From IMG/VR virus record IMGVR_UViG_3300020438_000007, positions 124,001 through 188,000 of that record: a DNA stretch of 64,000 nt. The stretch is one strand, 5' to 3'. The position numbers were made by a program, and so were the translations under genes. The notes beneath the pieces were generated by a model. It had not been told where the DNA came from, made no database searches, and saw only the letters and a program-made list of their open reading frames with translations. Shown here piece after piece: positions 41,091 through 49,159 of this stretch; position 1 is the first letter of the stretch; every line of letters starts with the position of its first letter.

Positions 41091-41263
41091 GGACCTATAA
41101 GAGATTCGGGGTAGGATCTATAAACTATTCGACACTGGTGCTGCTCCGCATTAATTGTTACAGCGTGTTACGGAATACCTATGGCACACTTGACGGGCCT
41201 TGTCTACCCTTATGTTGAGCAATGTGTCTTATGTGTGGTTATGAGGATTCGGGGCATTCTCGG

Positions 41264-41292
41264 TTGACTTATGAGCGTTTCCGTGTTATAAT
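41264..41292 (+). promoter_or_regulatory. Plus-strand sigma70-like promoter in non-coding DNA
   Basis: TTGACT-17-TATAAT with extended TG. Confidence 0.65.
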
Positions 41293-41445
41293 GCCCGCTT
41301 AGATGTCTATAAGATTCACCCTTATTTCGCTTTACTTAGTGATCTCTATACAAAACAGAAGTATATTTAATTAACCTTTTTTAATGATTCTCAAATGATA
41401 CTTAAAAGAGACAATTAGACCCACTAAGTGTAGCAAACTCTCTCC

Positions 41446-41640
41446 TTATAGTTCATCATTTAGTTCATATATCTTTCTCTGAATTTGCTTTAGTTTAGCA
41501 TAGATACTTCCCTGTCTATTTGCTACTGGTAGAGCATTGTAATTAGCAAGACTTTCTAATACTAACAACTTGATAAGTGCCATTTCCTCATTATCAAATA
41601 GAGGGGCACTTAGCATGAGGTTCGCTTCTTTAAGGGTCAT
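41446..41640 (-). CDS. Hypothetical protein (~64 aa)
   Basis: Track ORF 41446..41667, restarted at MTLKEA. Confidence 0.45.
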   Translation of the reverse strand: MTLKEANLMLSAPLFDNEEMALIKLLVLESLANYNALPVANRQGSIYAKLKQIQRKIYELNDEL

Positions 41641-41776
41641 ACGATTCAACCTCGATTTCGATAGCATAGTCTGGGTAAGTTGTCTCTTCTACATTATCAT
41701 TACTATCCGCTAATCTCTGTAGAAATGCTTCACTTGATTCCCTTACAGTTTCTTCGATTGTTATTACTTTATCCAT
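41630..41776 (-). CDS. Small acidic hypothetical protein (48 aa; not in track)
   Basis: MDKVITIEETVRESSEAFLQRLADS... Confidence 0.45.
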   Translation of the reverse strand: MDKVITIEETVRESSEAFLQRLADSNDNVEETTYPDYAIEIEVESYDP

Positions 41777-41983
41777 CTAGACTGCCTCCTTAGTGTTATA
41801 CTTACTAATGGCAATTTGTCCCAGATTCTCAACATATAGAGTCTTAACTCTCTCTCCATTCTTATCATTCAACTCTAGTAGTTTGTTCCAGTTCCAGTTA
41901 CTTGGCGAAACACAGTTTGCTTCACTTACTGTAAAGTCTAATGTAACACGATAGCGAGTTACTGATTGTGATTGAGAGTCCAT
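41777..41983 (-). CDS. Hypothetical protein (68 aa)
   Basis: ORF track; promoter at 42011-42039. Confidence 0.65.
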   Translation of the reverse strand: MDSQSQSVTRYRVTLDFTVSEANCVSPSNWNWNKLLELNDKNGERVKTLYVENLGQIAISKYNTKEAV

Positions 41984-42010
41984 AAGAATGAGAGTGGTGG
42001 ATTACATTTA

Positions 42011-42039
42011 ATTCTACCAGATATTGCACTAATTGTCAA
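42011..42039 (-). promoter_or_regulatory. Sigma70-like promoter without palindrome
   Basis: TTGACA-17-TAGAAT. Confidence 0.7.
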
Positions 42040-42295
42040 CCAGTGGACGATATTTCCTCTACTACATTGTTATTTAGTGGGGAAACATTGACGATGATTG
42101 TGATTACTTAAGCACGCTTATATAAAAAAATTCGGGCGTTCGCCTCTAAGGGACTAGGAACTATGTAATACTAATAAAGACGAATTACTCTTATTAGTTT
42201 ACAACTAGTGGTCTTACTAAGTGATTAACAAACAACTCACTTATGCCACTAAGTATAGCGATTAAAGACGATTAATCACTCATTAGAACTGTCAT

Positions 42296-42430
42296 TCACC
42301 TCTTTTTCTTTTTGGACTGTTTAACCATCTTGTTAAACTTCTTTGATTGACTGGGTGACATACCACAAAAATAGTTCAGTAGATTGCCTTCATACTGGTC
42401 AGCAATGTTTGAAAGTTCGTTATCCATCAT
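42296..42430 (-). CDS. Hypothetical protein (44 aa; not in track)
   Basis: MMDNELSNIADQYEGNLLNYFCGM...KKKKR; ATGA overlap with the upstream ORF. Confidence 0.5.
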   Translation of the reverse strand: MMDNELSNIADQYEGNLLNYFCGMSPSQSKKFNKMVKQSKKKKR

Positions 42431-42591
42431 TGTGCTAAACTCTCAAAACGCTTCATCGCAAGTTTAATTGCTTCCTCATCGATTTGATCAATAGTGACGA
42501 TTTGTCCTTTATAACGATAAAAGTTTTCAATTTCTTCTAGTGACTCCTCATAAAGTGTTTCAAGTAATTCATCATTAACAGCGCAACTCAT
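42427..42591 (-). CDS. Hypothetical protein (54 aa; not in track)
   Basis: MSCAVNDELLETLYEE...AIKLAMKRFESLAQ. Confidence 0.6.
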   Translation of the reverse strand: MSCAVNDELLETLYEESLEEIENFYRYKGQIVTIDQIDEEAIKLAMKRFESLAQ

Positions 42592-42726
42592 TTAATTTTC
42601 CTCATAGATAGGGGCGAACAATTGATAGTAAAGGTCATTCATGAGACCGAATTCAAACGAAGTGGAAGCGTGCTCCTCATCAACACCTTCCCAACACTTC
42701 ATAATTTCAGTGTAAGTATCTTCCAT
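42592..42726 (-). CDS. Hypothetical protein (44 aa; not in track)
   Basis: MEDTYTEIMKCWEGVDEE...; TAATG coupling. Confidence 0.55.
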   Translation of the reverse strand: MEDTYTEIMKCWEGVDEEHASTSFEFGLMNDLYYQLFAPIYEEN

Positions 42727-42944
42727 TATAGACACTCACTAGGTGCGAAACCGATAGAAGCGATAGCATTATCAAGCGCAACTCTATCAAGATCGGGATC
42801 ATCAAAATCAACGCCTGCAGCGTGATCTACACCCCACTCGAGCACCTCATCACAAAAATCTGAGAAATCTTTGCATACCCAAGCAACATTTTCAAAGTTT
42901 TCTACTTCTTTGATTCTGTTAATTAATCTGTCTGTTTTAGTCAT
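42726..42944 (-). CDS. Hypothetical protein (72 aa)
   Basis: Track ORF restarted at MTKTDRL after the (AAAC)4 leader. Confidence 0.7.
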   Translation of the reverse strand: MTKTDRLINRIKEVENFENVAWVCKDFSDFCDEVLEWGVDHAAGVDFDDPDLDRVALDNAIASIGFAPSECL

Positions 42945-43006
42945 GTTTGTTTGTTTGTTTGTTATACTATTATTATAGGGCATTGAGATTGAATATCAAC
43001 CCCACT

Positions 43007-43030
43007 TGTGCCAGTTTGATTAGTGGCACA
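43007..43030 (-). promoter_or_regulatory. Palindromic promoter element copy 3
   Basis: TGTGCCAGT-ttgatt-AGTGGCACA; 7-bp gap, TTGATA-16-TATAAT. Confidence 0.9.
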
Positions 43031-43270
43031 CTATCGGTTGACTTTCTCCAAGTCACTTAGATAGCATTCCACTGTATGAAACTCATAGTCATTAATGTAA
43101 GTTTTAATAACAGCGTAGTCTCTACTTCTATCCAATAAAACTACATCACCTTCTAGATCATCATGTACGAGCGATTTAACACTAGTGCCTAGTTTGATGT
43201 TTGCTGTTACATCTTGACCAATTTTAAGAACATCTTTTTTACATAGTTCTTTGTATTCTTGAATTGTCAT
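43031..43270 (-). CDS. Hypothetical protein (79 aa)
   Basis: Track ORF restarted at MTIQEY (TAATG coupling). Confidence 0.65.
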   Translation of the reverse strand: MTIQEYKELCKKDVLKIGQDVTANIKLGTSVKSLVHDDLEGDVVLLDRSRDYAVIKTYINDYEFHTVECYLSDLEKVNR

Positions 43271-43431
43271 TATAGTTGATTCTCCCATACTGTTGATTTA
43301 AAACGTCTCACTGCTTTGTCTAACAGTTTAATATCACCATCGCAGATATCAGCGGCAGACTCATCCTCTACATGAGAGAATGAATTGTTGATATCACCTA
43401 TGAGAGTGAGTAATGCTTCGTAATTAGTCAT
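43270..43431 (-). CDS. Hypothetical protein (53 aa; not in track)
   Basis: MTNYEALLTLIGDINNSF...; follows an element and leader. Confidence 0.65.
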   Translation of the reverse strand: MTNYEALLTLIGDINNSFSHVEDESAADICDGDIKLLDKAVRRFKSTVWENQL

Positions 43432-43470
43432 AGTTGTTTGTTTGTTATACTACTATTATAGTCGATCGAA

Positions 43471-43743
43471 CTAGAATTTAGTCCTTGATTGTGCCACTTT
43501 AGCGATTGTCCTACTATTCATAAACTGAGCAGGTCTCTTTGTATTACATGTAACAGCATAATTCATATCAAGTAAAATATCAATTTCTTCCGCCATGTTA
43601 AACACGTTGATTGCTTCATTTTCGACTGTCTTACCTTTATAGGTAACCACCTTCAATCTAGTAAGGTTACTAACTTTATTTTGTCCATCTTTGACTTCAT
43701 AATAGTCAACAACTGTGTTTAGGTTATCAGATTGAAATTGCAT
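43471..43743 (-). CDS. Hypothetical protein (90 aa)
   Basis: ORF track; follows an element and leader; reads through element 4. Confidence 0.7.
   Translation of the reverse strand: MQFQSDNLNTVVDYYEVKDGQNKVSNLTRLKVVTYKGKTVENEAINVFNMAEEIDILLDMNYAVTCNTKRPAQFMNSRTIAKVAQSRTKF
43490..43513 (-). promoter_or_regulatory. Palindromic promoter element copy 4
   Basis: TGTGCCACT-ttagcg-ATTGTCCTA inside the upstream CDS; TATAAT and leader retained, -35 lost. Confidence 0.7.
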
Positions 43744-43803
43744 GATGTTCTTTGTTTGTTATACTATCATTATAGGGCACTGATATGCAATAACAACACT
43801 TAG

Positions 43804-43827
43804 TGTGCCACTAATCAAACTGGCACA
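43804..43827 (-). promoter_or_regulatory. Palindromic promoter element copy 5
   Basis: TGTGCCACT-aatcaa-ACTGGCACA. Confidence 0.9.
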
Positions 43828-43843
43828 CTGTTGGTTGATTATA

Positions 43844-44092
43844 TCACCAATCTGGGGTAGGTTGCTTTGCCTGTGCTTTTTCGACCTTATCATAGTATTT
43901 GTCAACTGAACCCTCTAAGATTTCAAAGATAGTATCAACTTCATTTACATAATCATCAAATGGTTCTAATAATTGACCTTTAACTCTGTCCGCTCTGTAA
44001 TGCTCACTCTTTTTAACACTATCCTCAAGTGAGCATAGGATAACACCTATTTGTGCTTCGGTTAGTGTGACTTTGTATAGTGTATTATTCAT
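43844..44092 (-). CDS. Hypothetical protein (~82 aa)
   Basis: Track ORF 43844..44116; start trimmed. Confidence 0.65.
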   Translation of the reverse strand: MNNTLYKVTLTEAQIGVILCSLEDSVKKSEHYRADRVKGQLLEPFDDYVNEVDTIFEILEGSVDKYYDKVEKAQAKQPTPDW

Positions 44093-44357
44093 GGATCCAG
44101 TTTCCTTGCTCATCATAATCTCCTTCAGTAATAGATTCTAATCCATATGGATCACTATCAATAACGACTGATTGTAAACCTTTATAATCACGTCCCTGTA
44201 AACGATAGACTTCTTTCTGTTGTCTCATATCTCGATCGAGTCTATAACATAATTCTGCATTTAGTGCCATTAATTGACGTTTATCATCACTATGTTCAGA
44301 ATAATGAAAGTTCATACACTCTAACATGTATTCAAGTTCAATAATAGTAAATTTCAT
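44085..44357 (-). CDS. Hypothetical protein (~90 aa)
   Basis: Track ORF restarted at MKFTII. Confidence 0.65.
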   Translation of the reverse strand: MKFTIIELEYMLECMNFHYSEHSDDKRQLMALNAELCYRLDRDMRQQKEVYRLQGRDYKGLQSVVIDSDPYGLESITEGDYDEQGNWIHE

Positions 44358-44358
44358 T

Positions 44359-44535
44359 TTAGTAGTCTCCTCCATATATTTCTTCCATCAACTCATCATA
44401 AAGTTTCTTTAGTTTAGTTGCTGTAATACTCTTTGCTTTATCATTAATTTTCTCTTCTGTCTTATCATCAAAATTCTTAGCAAGATCTTTGATCTCTTTG
44501 ATGTAATAACGACAGTCTGATCTTGTTATGGTCAT
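44359..44535 (-). CDS. Hypothetical protein (58 aa; not in track)
   Basis: MTITRSDCRYYIKEIKDLAKNF...; follows an element and leader. Confidence 0.65.
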   Translation of the reverse strand: MTITRSDCRYYIKEIKDLAKNFDDKTEEKINDKAKSITATKLKKLYDELMEEIYGGDY

Positions 44536-44595
44536 AGATTTGTTTGTTTGTTATACTACTATTATAGTAGCATGAGATTCAATAACAACCACGAC

Positions 44596-44619
44596 TATGC
44601 CAGTAATTAAACTGGCACA
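44596..44619 (-). promoter_or_regulatory. Palindromic promoter element copy 6
   Basis: TATGCCAGT-aattaa-ACTGGCACA. Confidence 0.85.
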
Positions 44620-44777
44620 TCATAGGTTGATTTATTTTTAAGAACATGCCAATATTCTTCATAAGATAGAGTTTCTTCTTTATCTGTATCGGTATTGAGT
44701 ACAATATCAAAAGGATAAAAAGCATAATATCTCATATGATCATCAACATACTCTTTGATTTGTTTATACTTAGTCAT
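44607..44777 (-). CDS. Hypothetical protein (56 aa)
   Basis: Track ORF restarted at MTKYKQ; last codons (VPV*) are encoded by element 6. Confidence 0.6.
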   Translation of the reverse strand: MTKYKQIKEYVDDHMRYYAFYPFDIVLNTDTDKEETLSYEEYWHVLKNKSTYDVPV

Positions 44778-45003
44778 CAGAACACCCCTTGATAACGCTT
44801 TGTATAGTATCGGTAAAATCCTCATCAAAGAATTCTTCGATCTCTACCATAGCATCATTAAATGAATGGTCATCTATCCATTTTTGCATATCTTGAGCAA
44901 CATATACAACTAAATCCTCGACTGACATTCCATCAACGACTCGATCGATATAACGCTCTTTAAGAGCATTGAATTGTTTGTCTGTTAGTTTTGTTTTGTT
45001 CAT
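44770..45003 (-). CDS. Hypothetical protein (77 aa)
   Basis: Track ORF restarted at MNKTKL. Confidence 0.65.
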   Translation of the reverse strand: MNKTKLTDKQFNALKERYIDRVVDGMSVEDLVVYVAQDMQKWIDDHSFNDAMVEIEEFFDEDFTDTIQSVIKGCSDD

Positions 45004-45007
45004 AGTG

Positions 45008-45211
45008 TTAATCATGGATGATAGAATCAAAAATTGTGTCATCATTAGGGAACTCATTTACCTTAGCAATTGCTGCTGCGGCAACCATGTTCCAGACCTT
45101 TTGTCCTGACATTTTCTGATCTTGACAATGGAAAGCAACTGTATCCTCTAAGAGTTCAAGCACTTCCATTGACTCATTAAAGAGTTTTTCGTATTCTACA
45201 GGGTTCATCAT
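45008..45211 (-). CDS. Hypothetical protein (67 aa)
   Basis: ORF track. Confidence 0.65.
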   Translation of the reverse strand: MMNPVEYEKLFNESMEVLELLEDTVAFHCQDQKMSGQKVWNMVAAAAIAKVNEFPNDDTIFDSIIHD

Positions 45212-45441
45212 ACAGTCCTCACGAATAGTTTTGAAATGCGATCGTCAATTTCATTGACTCTCTCATAAACTGATCTGCCTTCGATCAATTCATCTTCTTG
45301 CATACTGTCATCATCATAACAACGATAATCTTCAAGTGCATTTGAGATAGTGTCCCATTCTCCATCAGTGAAGAATGAGCGAATTGTTTGCAGTTGGTCA
45401 AAAGAGAAGTCTCTAACCAGTGATCCTTGACGATTCATCAT
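45208..45441 (-). CDS. Hypothetical protein (77 aa)
   Basis: ORF track; follows an element and leader. Confidence 0.7.
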   Translation of the reverse strand: MMNRQGSLVRDFSFDQLQTIRSFFTDGEWDTISNALEDYRCYDDDSMQEDELIEGRSVYERVNEIDDRISKLFVRTV

Positions 45442-45502
45442 AAAGTTTGTTTGTTTGTTATGTACTTATTATAGGGCAGTGACTCAAAGAATCAACCACC
45501 CT

Positions 45503-45526
45503 TGTGCCAGTTTGTCTACTGGTCTA
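45503..45526 (-). promoter_or_regulatory. Palindromic promoter element copy 7
   Basis: TGTGCCAGT-ttgtct-ACTGGTCTA. Confidence 0.85.
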
Positions 45527-45818
45527 ATGCCCATAGACTTCCACCATCAAAATCGGTAGGGTATCCATAGTTTCTAACTAACATATCTCTAACTCTTTCT
45601 CTGTCAAGTGAATCACCATCGCCCCAAGTGAATCTATCATTATCCAAATCAGATATCACTTGTAAGTAATCTTCCGTAGCAAGTGTAATGTCACCTTTAG
45701 TAACATTCATTTGATAAAGTGCATCATCAGCACCATAGAATGAAAAGACATAATCAATAAACTCATCAAGTTGATTGATGTCATATTTTGATTTTCCGAT
45801 AGCAACGATAGAAGTCAT
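45516..45818 (-). CDS. Hypothetical protein (100 aa)
   Basis: ORF track; 'FIDYVFSFYG...W..GDS.DRERVRDM' motif. Confidence 0.7.
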   Translation of the reverse strand: MTSIVAIGKSKYDINQLDEFIDYVFSFYGADDALYQMNVTKGDITLATEDYLQVISDLDNDRFTWGDGDSLDRERVRDMLVRNYGYPTDFDGGSLWALDQ

Positions 45819-45878
45819 AAACCTGTTTGTTTGTTATACTATCATTATAGGGCAGTGATATTGAATATCAACCGCCCT

Positions 45879-45902
45879 TGTGCCACTTATTCAACTGTCA
45901 CT
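45879..45902 (-). promoter_or_regulatory. Palindromic promoter element copy 8
   Basis: TGTGCCACT-tattca-ACTGTCACT. Confidence 0.85.
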
Positions 45903-46085
45903 AGGTACAACCATTTGTGGGATTCCATCTTGAATATCCGCTAAGTGTCCTAGTTTATGACGAATTTTCCTAAAATTAACGTCAAAATCATCGCTCAACT
46001 TGTCAGTAACCCTACAAGGCGTACCTAAGATAAGTTGAAGCAGAGCGTCACACTCTGCTGCGGTTAGATTTGGGTCATTCATCAT
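45891..46085 (-). CDS. Hypothetical protein (64 aa)
   Basis: ORF track. Confidence 0.6.
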   Translation of the reverse strand: MMNDPNLTAAECDALLQLILGTPCRVTDKLSDDFDVNFRKIRHKLGHLADIQDGIPQMVVPSDS

Positions 46086-46564
46086 GCTACCTCGTATAAT
46101 TCTTTTGGATAATCAGCAGGGATAGTTTCTTTGATAGGTTTGAATGTATCGTTGAAATCTTTAGTCTCTTTGTTCCAAAAACTGAGACCATAACACTCTA
46201 GAGTTCCGTCAAGTTCCTTGACGTAAGCATACTCTCCACAACACTTGTCAGTATCCTCAAAGAAGTGAGAGATAGTTTTGTGAAGTTTAGGAGCATTATC
46301 ATCCATAGACTCACCTCGCTCTGTATAATAGCAAGGTTTGTACTCTCTACCTTCTAACTCTTCGGGTTCCTTAAGATCCCAACCTGAGTTAGTATAGCAA
46401 CAACTCATGTTACCACCATCAATAAGTTCAGCGAATTGGTCTCTAGTATCATAGTGCTTGTTGAGAGTAACTCCCAACCACTGTGGATAACCATCCCAGT
46501 GATGATATACTGAAAGGATTGAACCATCAGCAAGGCGAAGTCCGATTCTTGAATTTGTTGACAT
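46082..46564 (-). CDS. Phage protein with HWDGYP motif (160 aa)
   Basis: MSTNSRIG...SVYHHWDGYP..LG..L..HY motif, recurrent in phages; function unknown. Confidence 0.75.
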   Translation of the reverse strand: MSTNSRIGLRLADGSILSVYHHWDGYPQWLGVTLNKHYDTRDQFAELIDGGNMSCCYTNSGWDLKEPEELEGREYKPCYYTERGESMDDNAPKLHKTISHFFEDTDKCCGEYAYVKELDGTLECYGLSFWNKETKDFNDTFKPIKETIPADYPKELYEVA

Positions 46565-46626
46565 AGTGTGTTGTTTGTTTGTTATGTACTTATTATAGTG
46601 TGGTGGGAATGGAAATCAACCACCTG

Positions 46627-46650
46627 TGTGCCACTAATCTAAGTGTCACA
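46627..46650 (-). promoter_or_regulatory. Palindromic promoter element copy 9
   Basis: TGTGCCACT-aatcta-AGTGTCACA. Confidence 0.9.
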
Positions 46651-46903
46651 GGTCTGCTGGGTCTGAAGGCATCACCTGTGGTACGATCATCAGTTGTAAC
46701 CTATCAACGACAGCGGGCACTAGATAACTACCATCAAAAGAGCAAGTTCCGTCATCATTCTTGTTACCTAACTTCTCACAAATTGCATCACTAACTAACT
46801 CATATAAAACGTTATGTTTCCTTGGGTTCTGATAAATGTGTTCAATAACTTCCAATACCAAAGCATCAGCAAGTTTGTTTAATGTCTCTTTAGATAGAGT
46901 CAT
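46646..46903 (-). CDS. Hypothetical protein (85 aa)
   Basis: ORF track; AGGAGG RBS. Confidence 0.7.
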   Translation of the reverse strand: MTLSKETLNKLADALVLEVIEHIYQNPRKHNVLYELVSDAICEKLGNKNDDGTCSFDGSYLVPAVVDRLQLMIVPQVMPSDPADL

Positions 46904-46928
46904 TTAGTCCTCCTTTTTGTTTGTGTGG

Positions 46929-47315
46929 TCATTTTCCAATTCCCATAGGGTCATCTGATTCGCTCTCTAATTGAGAGACAATTGCACTATCAATTTTGTC
47001 TAGTTCTTCTTGATGAAACTTTCTTGTCCATCCATCATTGTATGATGAATTTGCATTTACCAAATGGTGTGCTCGGTTTCCAATCAAAACATCATTTTCT
47101 TCTCTATAATATTCATAAACAAGTTGTTGATATATGTCAAACAACTCTTGCAATACTACTCCTTCGAGATCAGTCCATGAACCAACGTAGTCAACTTGTG
47201 TCTCATCATATCCGCCCTTCTTGAAACTAGGAGCACTAAAAAAGTGCATATCTGTGTCTATCATGAAGTGATGACCATACTTCTCACTCTCGTAAGTTTT
47301 TACATATGTCCTCAT
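46929..47315 (-). CDS. Hypothetical protein (128 aa)
   Basis: ORF track; ATGA overlaps. Confidence 0.7.
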   Translation of the reverse strand: MRTYVKTYESEKYGHHFMIDTDMHFFSAPSFKKGGYDETQVDYVGSWTDLEGVVLQELFDIYQQLVYEYYREENDVLIGNRAHHLVNANSSYNDGWTRKFHQEELDKIDSAIVSQLESESDDPMGIGK

Positions 47316-47497
47316 TTTGTACCTCCATCAACTGCTATCATTTTGTGGTATATGTCATATGAAATATAATCTCTAATATCATTTGAGAGATCAGGGTCAT
47401 GCTTTGTTTCTACTCTCTCTTTGAGTGAGAAATAAGTCGGTTCAAATATCTCAAAGAGTCTATTGAACTCGGTATCTGTTAGGTTTAATGTTTTCAT
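47312..47497 (-). CDS. Hypothetical protein (61 aa)
   Basis: ORF track; ATGA overlaps. Confidence 0.65.
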   Translation of the reverse strand: MKTLNLTDTEFNRLFEIFEPTYFSLKERVETKHDPDLSNDIRDYISYDIYHKMIAVDGGTK

Positions 47498-47709
47498 AGG
47501 TCAATAGTATGCTCAAGTTTTAGACGTAATAGTGAGTCAACAACCGATTCCATAGTTGTCTTAGAGTAACCAACTGCATAGGGATAATCCTTCTTGTAGT
47601 CAGCGGCACTCTGTTCCGAAGCACCATAACATACCTCAATTGATTCATTGAGTGACATAATTATTGCATCAATAACGTAGGTCGGGATTTCAAGTTTGGG
47701 ATCTGGCAT
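47494..47709 (-). CDS. Hypothetical protein (71 aa)
   Basis: ORF track; follows element 10. Confidence 0.65.
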   Translation of the reverse strand: MPDPKLEIPTYVIDAIIMSLNESIEVCYGASEQSAADYKKDYPYAVGYSKTTMESVVDSLLRLKLEHTIDL

Positions 47710-47765
47710 TGAATTACCTTATATGTTTATATTATAGTATAATAAAATAGGATTGCAACCACTCA

Positions 47766-47789
47766 TGTGACATTTATTCAACTGGCACA
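47766..47789 (-). promoter_or_regulatory. Palindromic promoter element copy 10
   Basis: TGTGACATT-tattca-ACTGGCACA; 7-bp gap, TTGCAA-16-TATAAT. Confidence 0.85.
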
Positions 47790-47802
47790 CCCGATGAAGT
47801 GA

Positions 47803-48774
47803 TTAAGAGTTGGTAATCACTTCATCTGGTACGCCCCATGTCTTTTTCATGTTAAAGTTTGCATAACTGAAGCGTTGACGTTTGACAAGTTTGTATGTAC
47901 CATATTTGTTAGTCATCACATAACCCTCATGTTCATAGGGTTGACCATCAATAAGACACTCTACATCTTGTGACGTAGTGATGCCTTGCATCAATAGTTC
48001 TTTAACTTCGATAATCATATTGTACAAGTGGAATAGGTTTTTTGAATATCCTGTATCACTTGCAAGTTGATCTGGGTTAAGTTTCTTGCCTTCCCTCACA
48101 TAACTGTTGACGATTACCTTTAGTGTTTTCCCTTCCTTGAGCGTGGGGAACTCGGTGAATCGTACCAACGTGCGAATAAGAATGAGCAAAAATTCGATCT
48201 TTGCATTTAAGCGGTTTGATCGGGCGCCCATACTAGCATGAGTATCAACTTGATAGTGTCTCAAGTTGGTACAGTCGAGATTCCCATAGTTATTAGTCCT
48301 ATAATGGAATACTGCATCTAATTCTTGAATAGTTGCACCAACATATTCAGTATGAGTCGCTACAACCACTGATTGTTTGATTACTTTATCAAATTTGTAG
48401 GTGATTGTGTTAGGTTTGTAAGTATCATTACCACCATAACCAATGAAGTCGCACTGATATACCCCATGCTCTGTGGGCAGGGTCTCAAGACAAGTGTGTA
48501 GAATACTTGCTACGTTTGGGATGTTCCCATGATTAGTTTCAATGTCATCATGAGTATAGTTTATCTTGATCTTTTTCTTATTGAATACTGATTTAGTACC
48601 AACAAAGAATCTACCATTCTCAGGGTTGACTCCATAGACGACAGCGGGGGCACCATCATATTTGACTGATATTTGATTTCTCTTGCTCTTCAGAAACTTG
48701 ATCACATCAACAGCACCCTCCTTACCAAGGGTCAGGATGCTGTCCTCTGGGTGTTCTAGGTGTTTGTTCTTCAT
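47803..48774 (-). CDS. Ligase-like nucleotidyltransferase-fold protein (DUF6267-like, 323 aa)
   Basis: Motif I KxDG (SVKYDGAP), motif IV (HEGYV), motif V (YKLVK); N-terminal KHLEHPED. Confidence 0.7.
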   Translation of the reverse strand: MKNKHLEHPEDSILTLGKEGAVDVIKFLKSKRNQISVKYDGAPAVVYGVNPENGRFFVGTKSVFNKKKIKINYTHDDIETNHGNIPNVASILHTCLETLPTEHGVYQCDFIGYGGNDTYKPNTITYKFDKVIKQSVVVATHTEYVGATIQELDAVFHYRTNNYGNLDCTNLRHYQVDTHASMGARSNRLNAKIEFLLILIRTLVRFTEFPTLKEGKTLKVIVNSYVREGKKLNPDQLASDTGYSKNLFHLYNMIIEVKELLMQGITTSQDVECLIDGQPYEHEGYVMTNKYGTYKLVKRQRFSYANFNMKKTWGVPDEVITNS

Positions 48775-48815
48775 ACTACCATTATACACCATGCCAACAG
48801 GAAAACAACCCTCTC

Positions 48816-48839
48816 TGTACCAGTTTGTAGACTGTCACA
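48816..48839 (-). promoter_or_regulatory. Palindromic promoter element copy 11
   Basis: TGTACCAGT-ttgtag-ACTGTCACA; 7-bp gap, TTGTTT-16-TATAAT. Confidence 0.85.
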
Positions 48840-49143
48840 CAAAGAATTGTTCTAGTGGGGTCAAGTTAAGTTTCATTGCAGTATAGGGCGAAGTGTCCTC
48901 TATTGAGACTTCTTTACCTATTCTATTTGAATTGATGGGGGCGTAGTAAGCGTGCGTACTGCTTCTCTTTGTTCTCTTATGCTTGACGAATCCCCAGATA
49001 CAACGAGATTCATCACCATCATTATAGAGAAACCTATAGTCAGATACAGTCCAGATAGCATCCACATTAGTTTTAAATTGTATCGACTCATAGCGGTATC
49101 CTTTAGGTGGTTGGTGAATAAAATCGTCTGGAAGTGCGGTCAC
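48835..49143 (-). CDS. Hypothetical protein (102 aa)
   Basis: ORF track. Confidence 0.7.
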   Translation of the reverse strand: MTALPDDFIHQPPKGYRYESIQFKTNVDAIWTVSDYRFLYNDGDESRCIWGFVKHKRTKRSSTHAYYAPINSNRIGKEVSIEDTSPYTAMKLNLTPLEQFFV

Positions 49144-49159
49144 AATTTATCAGTTAAAA

